Source of the DNA: Bilabrum cf. latius
Lineage: Eukaryota
Reading direction: 5' to 3'
NCBI GenBank assembly: GCA_965178125.1
Contig: OZ237753.1
Span: forward strand, 620,001-684,000
Length of the DNA: 64,000 nucleotides
This document shows, one piece after another, positions 44,705 through 57,057 of the stretch; position 1 is the first letter of the stretch, and every line of letters starts with the position of its first letter. The translations under genes and the position numbers were made by a program. Below the pieces are notes generated by a model. It searched no databases. It was not told the origin of the DNA and was given only the letters and a program-made list of their open reading frames with translations.

Positions 44705-47348
44705 TCATAGACCCTCCAAACCATCGGCGCCCGATACCTGGCCACTAGATGCACAACCGGCACCGGTCGGAGCCTTGCTCGAGGCATGCCTGACCTGTCC
44801 TCCCGCTCCTACTGATGCCCCAGCCCGCTCTTTACAAATCGCCAGATTAGTCTCCCGCGGCTCCGCGCCCTCCGACTGCAGCACCCGCACGCAGTCCGTG
44901 TGCCCGTGCAGAGATGCAGCCATCAAGGGCGTCACCCGGTGCCCGCCCTCTACTACACCCGTCATCGTTAGACCGCCAGCCAGCTTGCCCAGCCTGAGCC
45001 GCTTGCCCAGCTCCAGCGACCTGCCTGCACTTGCTGCCTTGAACACTCTTGCTGCGTCCTAGTGTGCCCTGTGTGCCCTACGAAACTGCAGAAGGCAGTA
45101 GGTACGGCGGTTGAAAGTTCGGACGAGGTGGATGGTCTTGCGGTACGACTACTGGCTGCACCACATTGGCACATCAGCTGGCTTGCGACCTATCCTGTCA
45201 ATGAGTTGATCGTTCGCCCCTGCCTGCAGCAGTGTCAGGGCACAGTCATACCTGCCGTTTGCGACTGCGTAATGCAGCGGGGAATAGCCTAGGGGATGGT
45301 CGGTATCATTCATGGCCGCTCCGGCTCCGGCTTGGAGAAGGGCACCGACAATTCTAGAATCACCGCGTCGCACCGCCACGTGAAGGGGACTTAGGCGCTG
45401 TGCATCGCACGCATTGACGTTGGCACCGGCTGCTATGAGTAGCCGCGCACAACCATGCCGGTCTTGCAGCACTGCGTGGTACAGGCACGACTGCCGTTTG
45501 TTATCGGTCGCATCCACGTTTGCACCAGCCGCGAGGAGAGCCTTCATACACTACAGATGGCCCATGCCCGCAGCACAGTGCAGGCTAGTGGCATCTGTCC
45601 GATCCATCGCATGAACGTTAGCCCCGTAGTCGAGCAGTAGCTGCAGGCAGGCCAGGTACCCACGCTGTGCAGCTAGGAGCAAGGGCGTCACCTTGTCGTA
45701 GCATATACCAGCTTCAGTGTTGCACCTAGGTCTAGCTCTCAGAAGACATCGAACGCACTTAGGCTTGTTCATTGTGACCGCGAGATACAGCGGAGTGCAT
45801 CCGTCCTCGTCCACACTCTCGATGGGCACCTCGTGATCGATGAGGGCTTGCAGGCATGCCACGTGACCGCCCTTAACAGCGGCGCGGACGGCAGCATAAC
45901 AGGATTTTGTGGCCTTTGCATCGGTGCTCAGAAGAAGCTGTACGATATATGCGTGTCCGTTGCGAGCTGCTAGGTACAACGGCGACCAGCCATATCTGTC
46001 AAGTGCAGCAGGATGTGCTCGAGCCCGGAGCATCAAATCGACCGCGGCTGCGTGTCCTCTTTCTGCTGCCAGGTGTAGGGGCATGCTCCCATTGTAATTC
46101 CTGGCATTCCTGTTGACACTCTTTTGTAGCAGTAACTTCATTGAACTAGTATCGCCGACACTGGCTGCCACAGCTAGAGGCTGATTGCCATCAGCATCTG
46201 GTGCGACGACGTTGGCGCCATGCCTTATCAGGATCTCTGTGCACGCCACTGAGCTGCTTCTGACCGCATCATGCAGCGGGGTTGTGTGCCTTCTCTCCCA
46301 CGGCAGGTTTGCGCGAGCACCAGCAGCTAGCAACAGGCGCAGGATCGCGGCACTATGCTTTCGCACGGCCAGCTGCACCGGCATGACTACACCGGCTTCT
46401 ACTTGGTATGGCTCACATAATCTCCGTCGAGGCTTTTGCACCGTCAAGCTGCAGGTGCTGTGATTTGCTTTTGCCTTCAGCAGTATCCGAACCGTGTCAT
46501 GAGAGCCGCGCCATACTGCAAAGTGGAGTGGAGACCAGCCAAGAGAGTCTGCCACGTTTACGAAGGCCCCTGAGCTCACCAGGGCTTCGACAACTCTGAC
46601 CGCCGCAAACTTGACTGCAATGAGTATAGGAACAAGACCATCGAAATTTTTCTTGTTAGCCTTGGCACCTGCCTGAAGGAGCGCCAGGGGGGTGCTGGGC
46701 TTGCAATACCGAACAGCAAAGTGAAGTGGAGTGTTGCCATCTGCAGCCGTGCAGTTCACGCGAGCGCCACCCTGCAGCAAAACAGCCACGCTACTTGATC
46801 GCCCTTTTCTAGTGGCATGAAGGAGGGGAGTGTACCGATTATCGTCGATGGCGTTCACATCAGCCCCTCCCTCAAGCAATGCTGAAGCAACGATACTGTA
46901 GCCTTCAGCAGCTGCCAAGTGCAGCGGCGTCCTATTCTGAGAGTCGGTGGCGTTCGGATGTGCCCCAGAACGTAAGAGTAGCTGTGCAGCGCATGCGTTT
47001 CTGTGCAACGCAGCCAGATGAAGCGGAGTCCTCCTATATTCGTCACTGGTCTCTGCCTCAGAATTGCCTCCCGCTTTCACCAGCAGCTATAGCCCTTCGT
47101 TGCAATTTCTCGCAGCCACGTGCATTGGAGTAAGGCCAGCTGAGTCCCTTGCATTTACATGAGCTCCTAATTTAAGCAGTGCATCAATGCAGTCCACGTA
47201 CTGGCACTCCATTGCGGCATGTAGCGCAGTAGCCCCATTGCGAGTTGCGTCCAGATCACACCCGCCCGCCATGACAACGTCCCAGATTCTTCCAGGACGA
47301 TTTTCGTACACTGCACGAAACAGCTCGCTAGTTGCATCCGACGTTTGC
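44705..47348 (-). CDS. Long ankyrin-repeat protein with shared C-terminal module (5' exon unresolved)
   Basis: Roughly 20 ankyrin repeats. ORFs 47087-47407, 45551-47080, 45149-45547 and 44705-45046 are joined in frame by TAGs (e.g. GHL[TAG]CMKALL, EGL[TAG]LLVKAG). Ends TGA. Confidence 0.9.
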
Positions 47349-47645
47349 TGCGTCAAAATTGTATGGCACAGGCACAAGTTGCAGTTGGAGCAGCGATTGA
47401 AAGCCAAACAAAATCAACTTCCAGACACTGCATGCATACAGTTCGGCCCATCTGCCAGATTAATCTAAAACTAGTCCTCACATTACCGTGTTCTACCATT
47501 CCTCCTATGCGACACTAGCTTATTTAGAGTAGACTGAGCATTTGGCCAATGAAGATGCCTCACTCTGATGGCTTCTTGGCTCCGATCAGATCGGACCCGA
47601 AAAACGCGTCATCTGCCCATCATTCGATAAATATTATCGGGGCGC

Positions 47646-48806
47646 ATGGCTGCCGTGGCATGCAGCGAAATAAAGGATTTGTCCGCTGAGCATGCACCGA
47701 TCAGCGATTTCTTGTCGTTATCGGGCGACTCATGGCCTCCAGGACCAGCTGAAGTTAAGAAGTACTCCCTGACGGAAGAGCAGCTAGAACAGTACGAGAT
47801 GGACGGATTTTTGTCGCACGTCAAAGTATTGAGCACAGCTCAGATTGAGCGCCTCCAGAAAGATCTTGCAGAGATCATGGATCCGAAGAATCCGGCCCAC
47901 AAGCTTTGGCACGAATTCAACGAGAATGAGGCCGGTGACGACAGCGGACAGCATCTATTCCACTCCCTGGGGGCATGGCGAATTTCACCGTCATTTCATG
48001 ACCTCCTTTTTCATCCCGGTGTGCTCGTCCCCGCCGCTCAGGTGCTGAAGCGGAGGGAGGGCCTCGTCCTGTGGCACGACCAGATCTTCTCCAAGCGGCC
48101 CAAGGACGGAGGCGTGGTGGCTTGGCACCAGGACAGGTCCTACTGGCAGCGTGTCAAGCCGGGTCACCAGCTGACGGTCCGTGTGGTGCTGGACGACGAA
48201 GATGCAAGCAACGGAGCGATCCAGTACGTGCCTGGGTCGCACACCTGGCCCCTGCTGCCCATCACCTCCAAGCACTTCAACGACATGGACTCGATCAAGA
48301 AAGTTTTGGACGAGAAACAACTAGCCCAGTTCGAGTCCAGGCGCGCCCTAATCGAGGGCAGGCAGGGCGAGTGCACCATGCACCACCCCCTGACCGTGCA
48401 CGGCTCCGACAAAAACAGCAGCGACAAGTACCGAAGGGCTGTGGTGGTGAATCTGACGAGTGCAGACACGGTGTGCGACGTGGAGGGACAGGCACTCCTC
48501 GATGGGCTCCCGGTGCTTGCCAAGGGTGCTCGGTTGCAGGGCCAGTTCTTCCCGCCTCTGGTGCCGGCTGCGGTGGCGCAAGCCGCGATTGGGGCCACGA
48601 CTGGGGGTGCGGGTGCAGGCGCGGGTGTGACTGATGGTGCGCTGTCGGGCTCCAAGAGAAGTCGGGATGAGGACGAGGCGGCAGCCAGGGCTCCTGCGAG
48701 CAACAGCAGCAGCAGCAGTGGTGGCGAGGGGCCTGCTGCTGCTGGCATTGCTGCAGCTGCTGTTTCGAGCCCGGCGAAGAAGGCTCGTACTCAGCCTGGC
48801 GAATGA
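47646..48806 (+). CDS. Phytanoyl-CoA dioxygenase (PhyH) family Fe(II)/2-oxoglutarate dioxygenase
   Basis: QYEMDGF, WHDQIFSK, AWHQDRSYW, NGAIQYVPGSH, HHPLTVHGSDKNSSDKYRRA. Single exon, no TAG, ends TGA. Confidence 0.92.
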   Translation: MAAVACSEIKDLSAEHAPISDFLSLSGDSWPPGPAEVKKYSLTEEQLEQYEMDGFLSHVKVLSTAQIERLQKDLAEIMDPKNPAHKLWHEFNENEAGDDSGQHLFHSLGAWRISPSFHDLLFHPGVLVPAAQVLKRREGLVLWHDQIFSKRPKDGGVVAWHQDRSYWQRVKPGHQLTVRVVLDDEDASNGAIQYVPGSHTWPLLPITSKHFNDMDSIKKVLDEKQLAQFESRRALIEGRQGECTMHHPLTVHGSDKNSSDKYRRAVVVNLTSADTVCDVEGQALLDGLPVLAKGARLQGQFFPPLVPAAVAQAAIGATTGGAGAGAGVTDGALSGSKRSRDEDEAAARAPASNSSSSSGGEGPAAAGIAAAAVSSPAKKARTQPGE

Positions 48807-48919
48807 GGCCACTGATTCGAGCCCGGCGAAGAAGGCTCGTACTCAGTCCGGCGAATGAGGCCACTGATTCGAGCCCGGCGAAGAAGGCTCGTACTCAGTC
48901 CGGCGAATGAGGCCACTGA
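48764..48919. repeat. Tandem repeat, 52-bp unit x3, containing the PhyH C-terminal codons and stop
   Basis: TTCGAGCCCGGCGAAGAAGG...GAATGAGGCCACTGA at 48764, 48816 and 48868. Confidence 0.95.
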
Positions 48920-49339
48920 GCGCTGTGGGCGAATGGTATGCTTAGGCATGATAGTGGCGTAGGATCGCCTGGTGGGTGTGCACGGCTCTTGTGCATAGTG
49001 AGTACGTCATGCCACGTGTCTCGTCACGCCGTGAGCAAAGACCTGCAGGAGCATTGGGAATAGCCCAGCAGTGAATCGTCACCACGAAGCTTTGACCTCC
49101 GCACGGACGGGCTGATTGATGCCTCAGTTTGCATGGCAACAGCTGCCTTTGTTGACTGTATGCACTTTGTGTGCAGCAGGGAGCCTCACCAGGTACTTGA
49201 CTTGACTGCATTGTCAGCCTTACCTGCATTGGATCGGATCCGGTGAGACACGGAGTCCGGACTCCGGATGGCTACGAGGCTCGTCACACACCACCAATTC
49301 GTTGGCGAAATTTGGTCGGCCCTACACACGCGCCAAAGC

Positions 49340-49981
49340 ATGTCAAATACAGCCGTAGCCAAGGCGACTCGGTCTACATTACGACGGCTTCTTCGCCACG
49401 TGCGGCGGATTGATACCGATGGAGGCCATGAGGCATGGAGGGAGCATATTCTGGGAGAGTACCGAAGGTCGAATTCAGTGTCCCCGGCTGAGGCCAGAGC
49501 AATGCGCTCCGCGGCGTTAGATATGGTAACCAACTTTGATGCATCAAGAGAGCATGCTGTGAGGACATGAGAACCAACAAGTGCCACGCCTTCTCGATTG
49601 ATTCCTAGTGTATATTGTTTACCCTGCATTTGCTCCAACTTGCAGGACCTTCTTTAGCGCTATGGCCAAGTCGACATAGATGATATAGATTATAGAGATA
49701 CGGCTGCTAAAAAAGTTGGTCTTTAGCTTCCGAAAGCGCCTAAATCCAACGCAAGAGATCTAGGTAGCAAGTACGACCTGAGCAAGTCCAAGCTTGGTAA
49801 GCGCGGCGGTCTCACGGGATTGAAGGCTCAACTGTATGGCACAAAAGGTGAAAATGTGGACACAGTGAAAGCCAAGCTCAAGCAGAAAGAAGCGGAAGAA
49901 AAAGCAGCCGCCGCGAAGGAGGCAGAGGAAGCTGCCGAGGAAGACTACGCGGCGCCATGGGAAAAAGGGCACCGCGAATGA
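49340..49981 (+). CDS. LYR-motif mitochondrial protein, FMC1-like; 2 exons (49340-49558, 49646-49981)
   Basis: TLRRLLRHVR...WREHILGEYR, then DLL[TAG]RYG...AAKKVGL[TAG]LP, matching the FMC1/LYR-type VGLxLP ending. 87-nt GT..AG intron. Ends TGA. Confidence 0.72.
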
Positions 49982-50065
49982 ATACGATACACGAATTGCA
50001 TAGATCCAGATGTTGCAATCACATACAAAACCCAAAGATGGGAACGGGATTCGAGGACATCTCAC

Positions 50066-52960
50066 TCACTGAGGGACGCGGCGGTCAGACGATAAGGGAG
50101 ACCAGCGGCCCGCCTGGAGCGGCAACTGCCGATCCGCAATGCGCTTCTGCCACAAGGCTACGTCTCTAAAGTGCAAGCCAGCCTTCGTTGCATCTTTTGC
50201 TAGCTACGCTGCGGCAGCGGCGAGCAGGCTATCTGTCCCCTCAGCTCGCCGAGCAGTTGCCTGCGAGTGAGCACTCTCGTTCCTCCCTGCCTCCTTGCCA
50301 GTGGGGGACTCGGAGTCCTCCTCATGATGATGACCCGTGGCAGCGGGTGCGACCGACTCGATGCCACGCCCAGACTCGATCGAATCGCTGGCATCATCCA
50401 TTCTTAAACTAGACCCACCGCCGCTAGCATCTCCGCTCACGGCAGCAGCAGACGACGACAGCAGCACATCGAGGTCGCGAAGCGCCGCCTCAGCGACACC
50501 CCTGCAAGCCGCCTCATCCAGCAAACCCAGTCGAAACGCCTCCGACGCCGCGCCCGCGTACGTGTCAAAGAATACCACCCCGTTCCCACGATGCCACGCC
50601 TTGGCCCGACCGTCGCCGGCCAGCGCTCCCGGCCTCACGTCGTGGATGAAGGCACCCCTCACGCGGTCCTTGTGTTCCCTGAGGAGGTGGGACGCGACCA
50701 TCGCGTCTGCCTGCCCGCTGTCTCCGAGGAACACGAATTCATCCTCGGGGAACAGCAGGAGCGTCCTCTCGGCGTTCTCGATCTTCTTGCGAGCAATGGC
50801 CGCATGGCTGGTTGCGTGAAGCAGGGAGCCGCAGAGCACCGCGCTCTTGGGAATGCCCAGCGCGGCGATCTTGGCAGTGGTTACGCGCTTGACCAGGCCA
50901 TTGATCCCCGCAGGACGAGCTGTGATCACGGTGAGGTCCCCCCTGTCCTCGCAGCCCATGGCAGGCTCTGCATCTGCACCTTCACCTTCACCACGAACTG
51001 CAACCTCGGTCGTTGGATCTGCAGTCGCAGCGTCGGCGCCTGCACCAGCATTGGCCTCTGGCGCGAAGACGAGAGCACTGAGGAGTTGCATTGCAGTCTC
51101 TCCCTCTTCCGCAGAGGTAGCTCTTGTATCTGCTATCAAATGGGAGTCTTCATCCGACGGCGATCCGGTATCGGAATCGGTTGCTTCCTGGTCCGGTGGG
51201 TCCTGCTCCGAGCCACTGCCGGTGGCTCTGCCAATTGCTGGGGTCTCTGACAGTCGACCAGGTCTATTTGCACCTCGAATACGGCCTATTCTCTGCTGCA
51301 CCCGGACACGCACAGCAGCAGCTGCCCTGTCCTTCGCCTGCGACATGCCTGATACAGCTGCCTGCCAGAGCGCCGTGGCACCGGGCACCAGCCGATTCGA
51401 GGATATCCCCCCCACTGCCTCCTGAATCGCCGCCATCGTGCTGCTGCGTGACTAAGCAACTTGGTGTGCCACCGAATCATCTCTAGGGTCTGGATCTTGC
51501 ACCCTGAGACCATCCGGCTGGCAGCTAGGTGCACTCGTCGAGCTGAGCTGCTGAGCATCGTATCCGCCATCTGCCCCTAGAATCTCCCGCTACAAGCGGA
51601 TCGATGAAGGCGACAAGGTAGGCAGGCGAAATGGCGGTCCTGCCTCTACTTGAAGGCAATCTAAACGCACATACTCTGTCGTGCCGTGGGTTGCAGTCGC
51701 CGGGCCCATGCTCGTGCGAGTCTATTGTGCATCGCACGTTCCTTCGGTACGCGGGGCCCCGATGAGCTCCGATTGCACACCATTGATACTGTCTGCAGCA
51801 TTCACATCGTCCAGATAATTCACTTCCTCATAGATGCGTCTTGCTGTAGCGGGCGGACTCGCAGCACCAGCACCAGCACCAGCACCAGCACCAGCACCAG
51901 CACCAGCACCAGCACCAGCACCAGCACCAGCACCAGCACCAGCACCAGCACCAGCACCAGCACCAGCACCAGTACCAGCACCAGCACCAGTGCCCATTGG
52001 TCGTGTCCTGAGGGCCTCCAAGAAAGCGAGCACGCCAGGGAACACAGACCCGGGGGGATACCGCTTGTCCATCCAACCCTGCTGTATGGTGTCATCGTAG
52101 TCACTGAGCACGTGGATGGGGGCACCATTGCTGCCGTGCTGCGCTTGCTCGGCTCGATGCAGGCGATCGGATTGCACTGCGACGTGCTGCAGCACGCGAG
52201 CTCTGAGTGTGGTGGAGCCAAGGTCGTTAAAGACCAGTCGCACCAGGTCATTTCGGCCCCGCTGGAGCATTAGGGCCCGCTTGAGCCGCGTGAGATCGTG
52301 ACCACTCGTGGCGAGCAGCACCCTCGCAGCTGCCTCGATGGCCGATGCATCGCGACGGCCGCGACGGATTCTCACCCCCTCACGATGAAGGGCTTGAATC
52401 AACCCAGCCCGTGCGTGCAATGTCAATTCATGTATTCTGTCTATCGTCAATACGTCGTACAACTCTGCCTTCTAGGGGTTGTGCCGCCGCATAGCCGCAA
52501 ATAAGTCGAAAGCTGGCGGATGGTAGCGCTAGTGCTCGGCCTCAGCCTGAAGGCTGCCAGCAAGGAAAGCATTCACAATGATTTGGCTTGAGCTGCGAAA
52601 TACCTACACTATCGCGCCAGGACGTCGTCTTGCGGCATTGATCAGGTCATGCACTGGCTATGCCAGTAGCTTCTGCTGTGCTGCCTGAGATTCAGAATCT
52701 AGCAAAGCGTGCCATTCCTCCAAAAGCCTTGCCTCGTCCCTTGCAGACAATCCGAGCTGATCTGCTCGCTGCCGCAACTGGTGCTTGACGCTCTGATATA
52801 GGTCGCGAAGGACGCCAGTTGCACTTGGTTTCACGGCACCCGCCGGAGCTTCTTGAAGACGCGGCGCAATCGATGCCGCCGTTCTGCCCAGCGGACCCTT
52901 CGAACATACTCTCAATGAAGACATCAGCCTCATTGCTGGTCGAGCGCATCGCGTACGCAT
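50066..52960 (-). CDS. App1-like (DUF2183, HAD-fold) phosphatidate phosphatase; about 964 aa with TAG=Gln, possible mitochondrial presequence
   Basis: HVLSDYDDT, YPPGSVFPGVLAF, TVITARP, FVFLGDSGQAD, AFIHDV. ORFs joined in frame via TAGs; ends TGA 50066. Confidence 0.78.
51863..51990. repeat. (GCACCA)n hexamer tract encoding (Gly-Ala)n in the App1-like gene
   Basis: About 21 direct hexamer copies, one with a substitution. Confidence 0.95.
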
Positions 52961-53088
52961 CCACTTGGGAGAGTGGAGATTTGTAGCGTGATTCGGCGAT
53001 GGTTCGGTACTGCTCGGGAGAGGTTCGTTCTGGGCCTCCGATTGACAAAAATGGGCGAGACTTGCGCAGATGCGTCATCAGCCACGAA

Positions 53089-55785
53089 TCAGAAATCCAT
53101 GTCTTCCTCAACGAGCTCGTCCTCATCGTACGTGGCACCACCCATCGCGCCAGAGCCGCCCATTGCCTGACCGCCAGCCATAGACAAGGACCCGCCACCG
53201 GAGCTAGAACCCCCTGCACCGTGACCCCCACCCGCGCCCGAAGAGGCCCCTGTCCCTCCAAGAGAACCGCCAAACATGCTTGCCATCTCCCCTCCCCTCC
53301 AAAGAGAGCTTATGTCCTTCCTCCCCCCAGCTCCCCCCGACAATCCCCCCCTGCTCCCCCCGAATCCCCCCCCACCACCGAACCCCCCCGATGGCCTCAG
53401 GATCGCGTCCAGCCCCCCACCGCCGGGGCCGTCCTCCAGATAGTCTTCCTCGCTGCTGAGGCCCATCCGCAGGCCACCAGCAGCTGGGCGGTCAGGACTA
53501 GGACCAGCCACCTGTTGGCCCGCTGCAGGCGCAGGTGAAGGTGAAGGTGAAGGTGAAGGAGAAGCCGCGGGTGGCAGTGCCGGAGTGGACACTGGAGAGC
53601 CCATACCGAGCCCACTCCCCACGCCAAGTCCAGCCAGTGGTACGGAGGAGCCGCTTCTACCTGCCTTGGGATCGCCGCGCTGCTGCCCTGCAGCATCCTC
53701 CGAGCTGCCACCCGTCCTGGAGTCCGCCCCATTGGCATGCTCTAGACCCAGCCCCAGCCCGGAAGCACCTCCATCCGCTCTGTCTCCGCCGCCCACAGAC
53801 CCGACCGTTGCTCTGACAGGTGCCCGCGCGGGAGGCAGGTTCGTGGGCAGGGAGTCCGTCTCCCCGGTGGAGGCCCTGCTACCCGACTCGAGCCCGCCCG
53901 TCCGGCCCTTCCGGCTGTCGTGTTGCTCCACTTCCATGACCGCTTGCCGCGCGATCGCTGCAGGGGACATTTCGCCGCCGCCACTGCCACCCACACCATC
54001 GCCCCCTCCCACTGTCGAGCCTCCCGCTTGCTGCCATTGTTTCCCGGGAGCACCACCTGTGCTGGCCGTGGTGGTACGCCCTGCAGCAGCAGCAGCAGGC
54101 GCAGTGGTGGGGGAGTGGGCAGATCTGGGGGAGTCCGCCGCGATGCCTGGCCTTCGCTTCCTGCGACTGTTCCCTCGTCCTCCTCGCCCCTGAACCGGCT
54201 CTATCCTCCCTTCTTTCTGTCCTCTGTCTTCCTCGTCCTCGCCCTAGGATTCCCCCTTGCTCCCCTGCATAAAGCGAGACTAGGGCGAGGAGGAAATGTC
54301 GCCGGTGTCACCCGGCCGTGTGCTCGGCATGGCCACAGATCCATGGGCCTTCAAGTTCGCTGCATCGGGTGAAGGGTGTGATGAGCGCGATGGACCCTCC
54401 CTGCCTTGGCTGCCATATTGGCTGTCACCTACGGCATGTGGTCCTTGTTCCCTGTCTCGACCACGTGGCGGTGGGGTGCCTGATCTGGAGCTGCCAGCAG
54501 CCGTCCCCCCAACGAGACCATCGTGGGAATTCGGTGGCGGTTCCTCCAAGACCACGGCGCGAATATCAGCGCCCCACAGACCTGCCTGCTCAACGGACAC
54601 TTTGATGCCGCGCCCCCCTGCACCGCCGGCAGACACCGTGACAGGGACAGCTCGCTCGCTCTCGCCGGCAATACCAGAAAACGCACGCAACTAGACACGC
54701 TCCGGCGGCACATCCAGCAGCCCCGCCACCTCCCGCACCACGTCACCCACTGAGTCAGTCCGGGTCACCGTCCCGCTGTACCTGCCCCCGGCACCGGGCA
54801 GAGACGCGCGCAGCACCCACACGGGCGGGATCCTAGCCTCGATGCCTTCGTGCCCCAGGGGCCGGACCTCCAGCCCAGGGGCCACCGCGGCGCCCTGCGG
54901 AACCGGCTGCCAGTCGTAGGAGGGGTCGAACTGGATGGCGGCCTTGGAGGGACTTGCCGGCCGGCGGTGGTGGTGTGACGAGTGCGGCAGTGACGGGGCT
55001 GCCGGCGGCACGGCCTCCTGCTGGGCGGATACGCGAGCGGTACGGTCCTTCGGCGCTTGCTCTGACCTCGACTGCATCGCAAATGCGGCGATGGTCTGGT
55101 CCTGCGCGGAAACGAATTGGCATCATGATCGGGAGGGGGTGGGTGATGCGGGAGCATTGTGAGCGAGGAATCGCCCGCTTGCCTTGCCCAGCATGCTGGC
55201 GCTGCCTTCGGGGCGTCGCAGGGGCTGACCACTACATACGTGCCGCGATTTTCTCACCTCTTTCATGCGCCTGAGGGCATCACTTCTGTTCTTGGAAGCC
55301 TCCTCGTCCCGAGCCGCAGCTGCTGCTCCGAGGGCCCTTGCGATCTCCTGCTCGTCTCGGTGCGCCGACTCCGCGGCCCGATTCCGCTCGCGCAGCTGCA
55401 CTCTAGACTCTTCTATCTCAGCTAAGCGAATCAAACGGCGCTGCCGTCGGGCCGCCGTCCACGCTGGAATGCGCTGCTCGACAGCCTTCAAATACGCCTG
55501 CCGGGCTTCGGCTAACTGCCTCGTAGTGCTCGAAACAGCCAACACCGTCTCTTGCAACTTGCTTGCTCGAGCAATGTCATTTAGTATTCTGGCGTTGCGC
55601 TGAGCGGCAAACTCGCATTCTTCAGACAAGGAATTCTGCGCCCTTCGCAACGAGCGCAAGTGCAGCGTCTCAAACTCCTTCATAGTCGCGTTTCGGAGCC
55701 TCATAGATTCTTCCAAGCGCTCTCGCTACAGCGCAACTTGCATTCGCTCGTTGTGCAGCGATTCATATTGCTGTTCAGCAGACAT
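53089..55785 (-). CDS. Coiled-coil N-terminus plus long Gly-rich disordered protein, possibly Kizuna-like centrosomal protein; 2 exons (55785-55258, 55071-53089)
   Basis: MSAEQQYESLHNERMQVAL[TAG]RERLEE...AAQRNARIL...TRQLAEARQAY coiled coil; phase-0 GT..AG intron; downstream ORFs joined by TAG; ends TGA. The family call is by eye only. Confidence 0.65.
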
Positions 55786-56057
55786 GACAAAGCGCAATCA
55801 ACGGCTATTTGCAGAAAACGGGAACTTATGCCTTGCGGTCAATTCTAGACAGCGAAGCGATTCAAAAGAAGGTAAAAATATAGAATGTCTATGATAACTG
55901 TTCCCAATCTCGAGCCAGACAGCTACTGTTGTTGCTTACCCTAGCACTTGCGACTCGACGAACGTTCTAAACAACACCTTACAAATGAAAATCGCAGTGC
56001 GACCAGTGGCCCTGGTGCGACCCCCAACTGGTAAAATCCTGCTGTAAAGAGCAAAGT

Positions 56058-57057
56058 ATGGCGTCCATCACCGAGACAAAGGTCATTGATGAGAAGCTTA
56101 GGGAGTAGCTGACTGCTGACCAGGTAAGTGGGTGCTTAATAGCGCTTCGTCGCCCCGAATGTGTGGAACTGAGGTTCGTCTCGCTGGTTCGACTCGCAGT
56201 CGGTGCACTGGCCACAAGTACGATTCAACGCTTGCTTCAGCCGCAAATCATACATTTCGCTGTTCATCATCCTCTCAATGGTTTGCTACAGCCCAAGGAT
56301 GTACTGTTTGACCCGCTTATACCGAATCGTTGTGCGCGTCGATTGAACCGTTCACACCTGCAGCTTAAGGAGTACGGGACCGTATTCGATGACCTGGATA
56401 CAGACCACAGCAAGTCTATTGATACCAAAGAGGTTAAGAAAGCGCTCGAGCAGAGCGGAATGGTGAGCAAGCCAGGCGATGTAGCTGACTTTCGAAGCTT
56501 CATGGCACGCGTGCGATCCATCCTCGGCTTCATTGAGACGATTCGCTGCCCTTGCGCGCCCCAGCTCCACATGATAATTTGTATGCAAATTTGTGTTTGC
56601 GACTAGTTCTCGTTTGGAACGAGCCGTATTCATCCGTTGCAGTTGTCAACTGTGTTTTTGACCGGATGCAATGTCAAGCTGCATGCTTTCCATTTCATCG
56701 CAGACACCTACGGATGACGAGGTGAAGGAAATGGTGGCCCGCTTCGATGCTGACGGCAACGGGACGCTCGAAAGGGACGAGTGGCTGGAGCTTGCAGCAA
56801 CGATGTTTTTGGGCAAGAGTGAGAGGGAGTTGCTGCAGGAGGCTTTCAAGGTACTGGATAAGGACAACAAGGGTTTCATTTCTGCAGAGGACATCCAGGC
56901 TGTGATAGAGGCGATGCCCACGACACCGAAGATTCCCGATGGCGGGGTCCCAGAGCTCCTGGCTGCCGGTGAATCGGCCAAGGCGGACCAGCTGACCGGG
57001 GAAGAGTTCGAGTCTCTCATCGAAAAGACTGTGCCGCAGCATAAGAGACGCCGGTGA
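56058..57057 (+). CDS. Calmodulin-like EF-hand protein; 3 exons (56058-56123, 56364-56462, 56704-57057)
   Basis: E[TAG]LTADQ|LKEYGTVFDDLDTDHSKSIDTKE, PTDDEVKEMVARFDADGNGTL, LQEAFKVLDKDNKGFISAED; two phase-0 GT..AG introns. Confidence 0.88.

Noticed and set aside
38744-45560. TAG = Glu (suggested by ankyrin contexts GHL*C, GAV*C, ADI*A), Leu or pyrrolysine
   Set aside because: The TPR G*F/GQF/GQY equivalence, calmodulin QLT, VGL*LP and the CAG-CAG-CAA-TAG run favour Gln. No Pyl machinery is known in eukaryotes. Glu is not formally excluded without alignment statistics.
32014-47348. TAG-interrupted genes as pseudogenes or sequencing errors
   Set aside because: Interruptions are almost exclusively TAG, without frameshifts. 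They occur in conserved genes and are preserved at identical positions in duplicated copies (arm B/B' and the three near copies of the C-terminal module).
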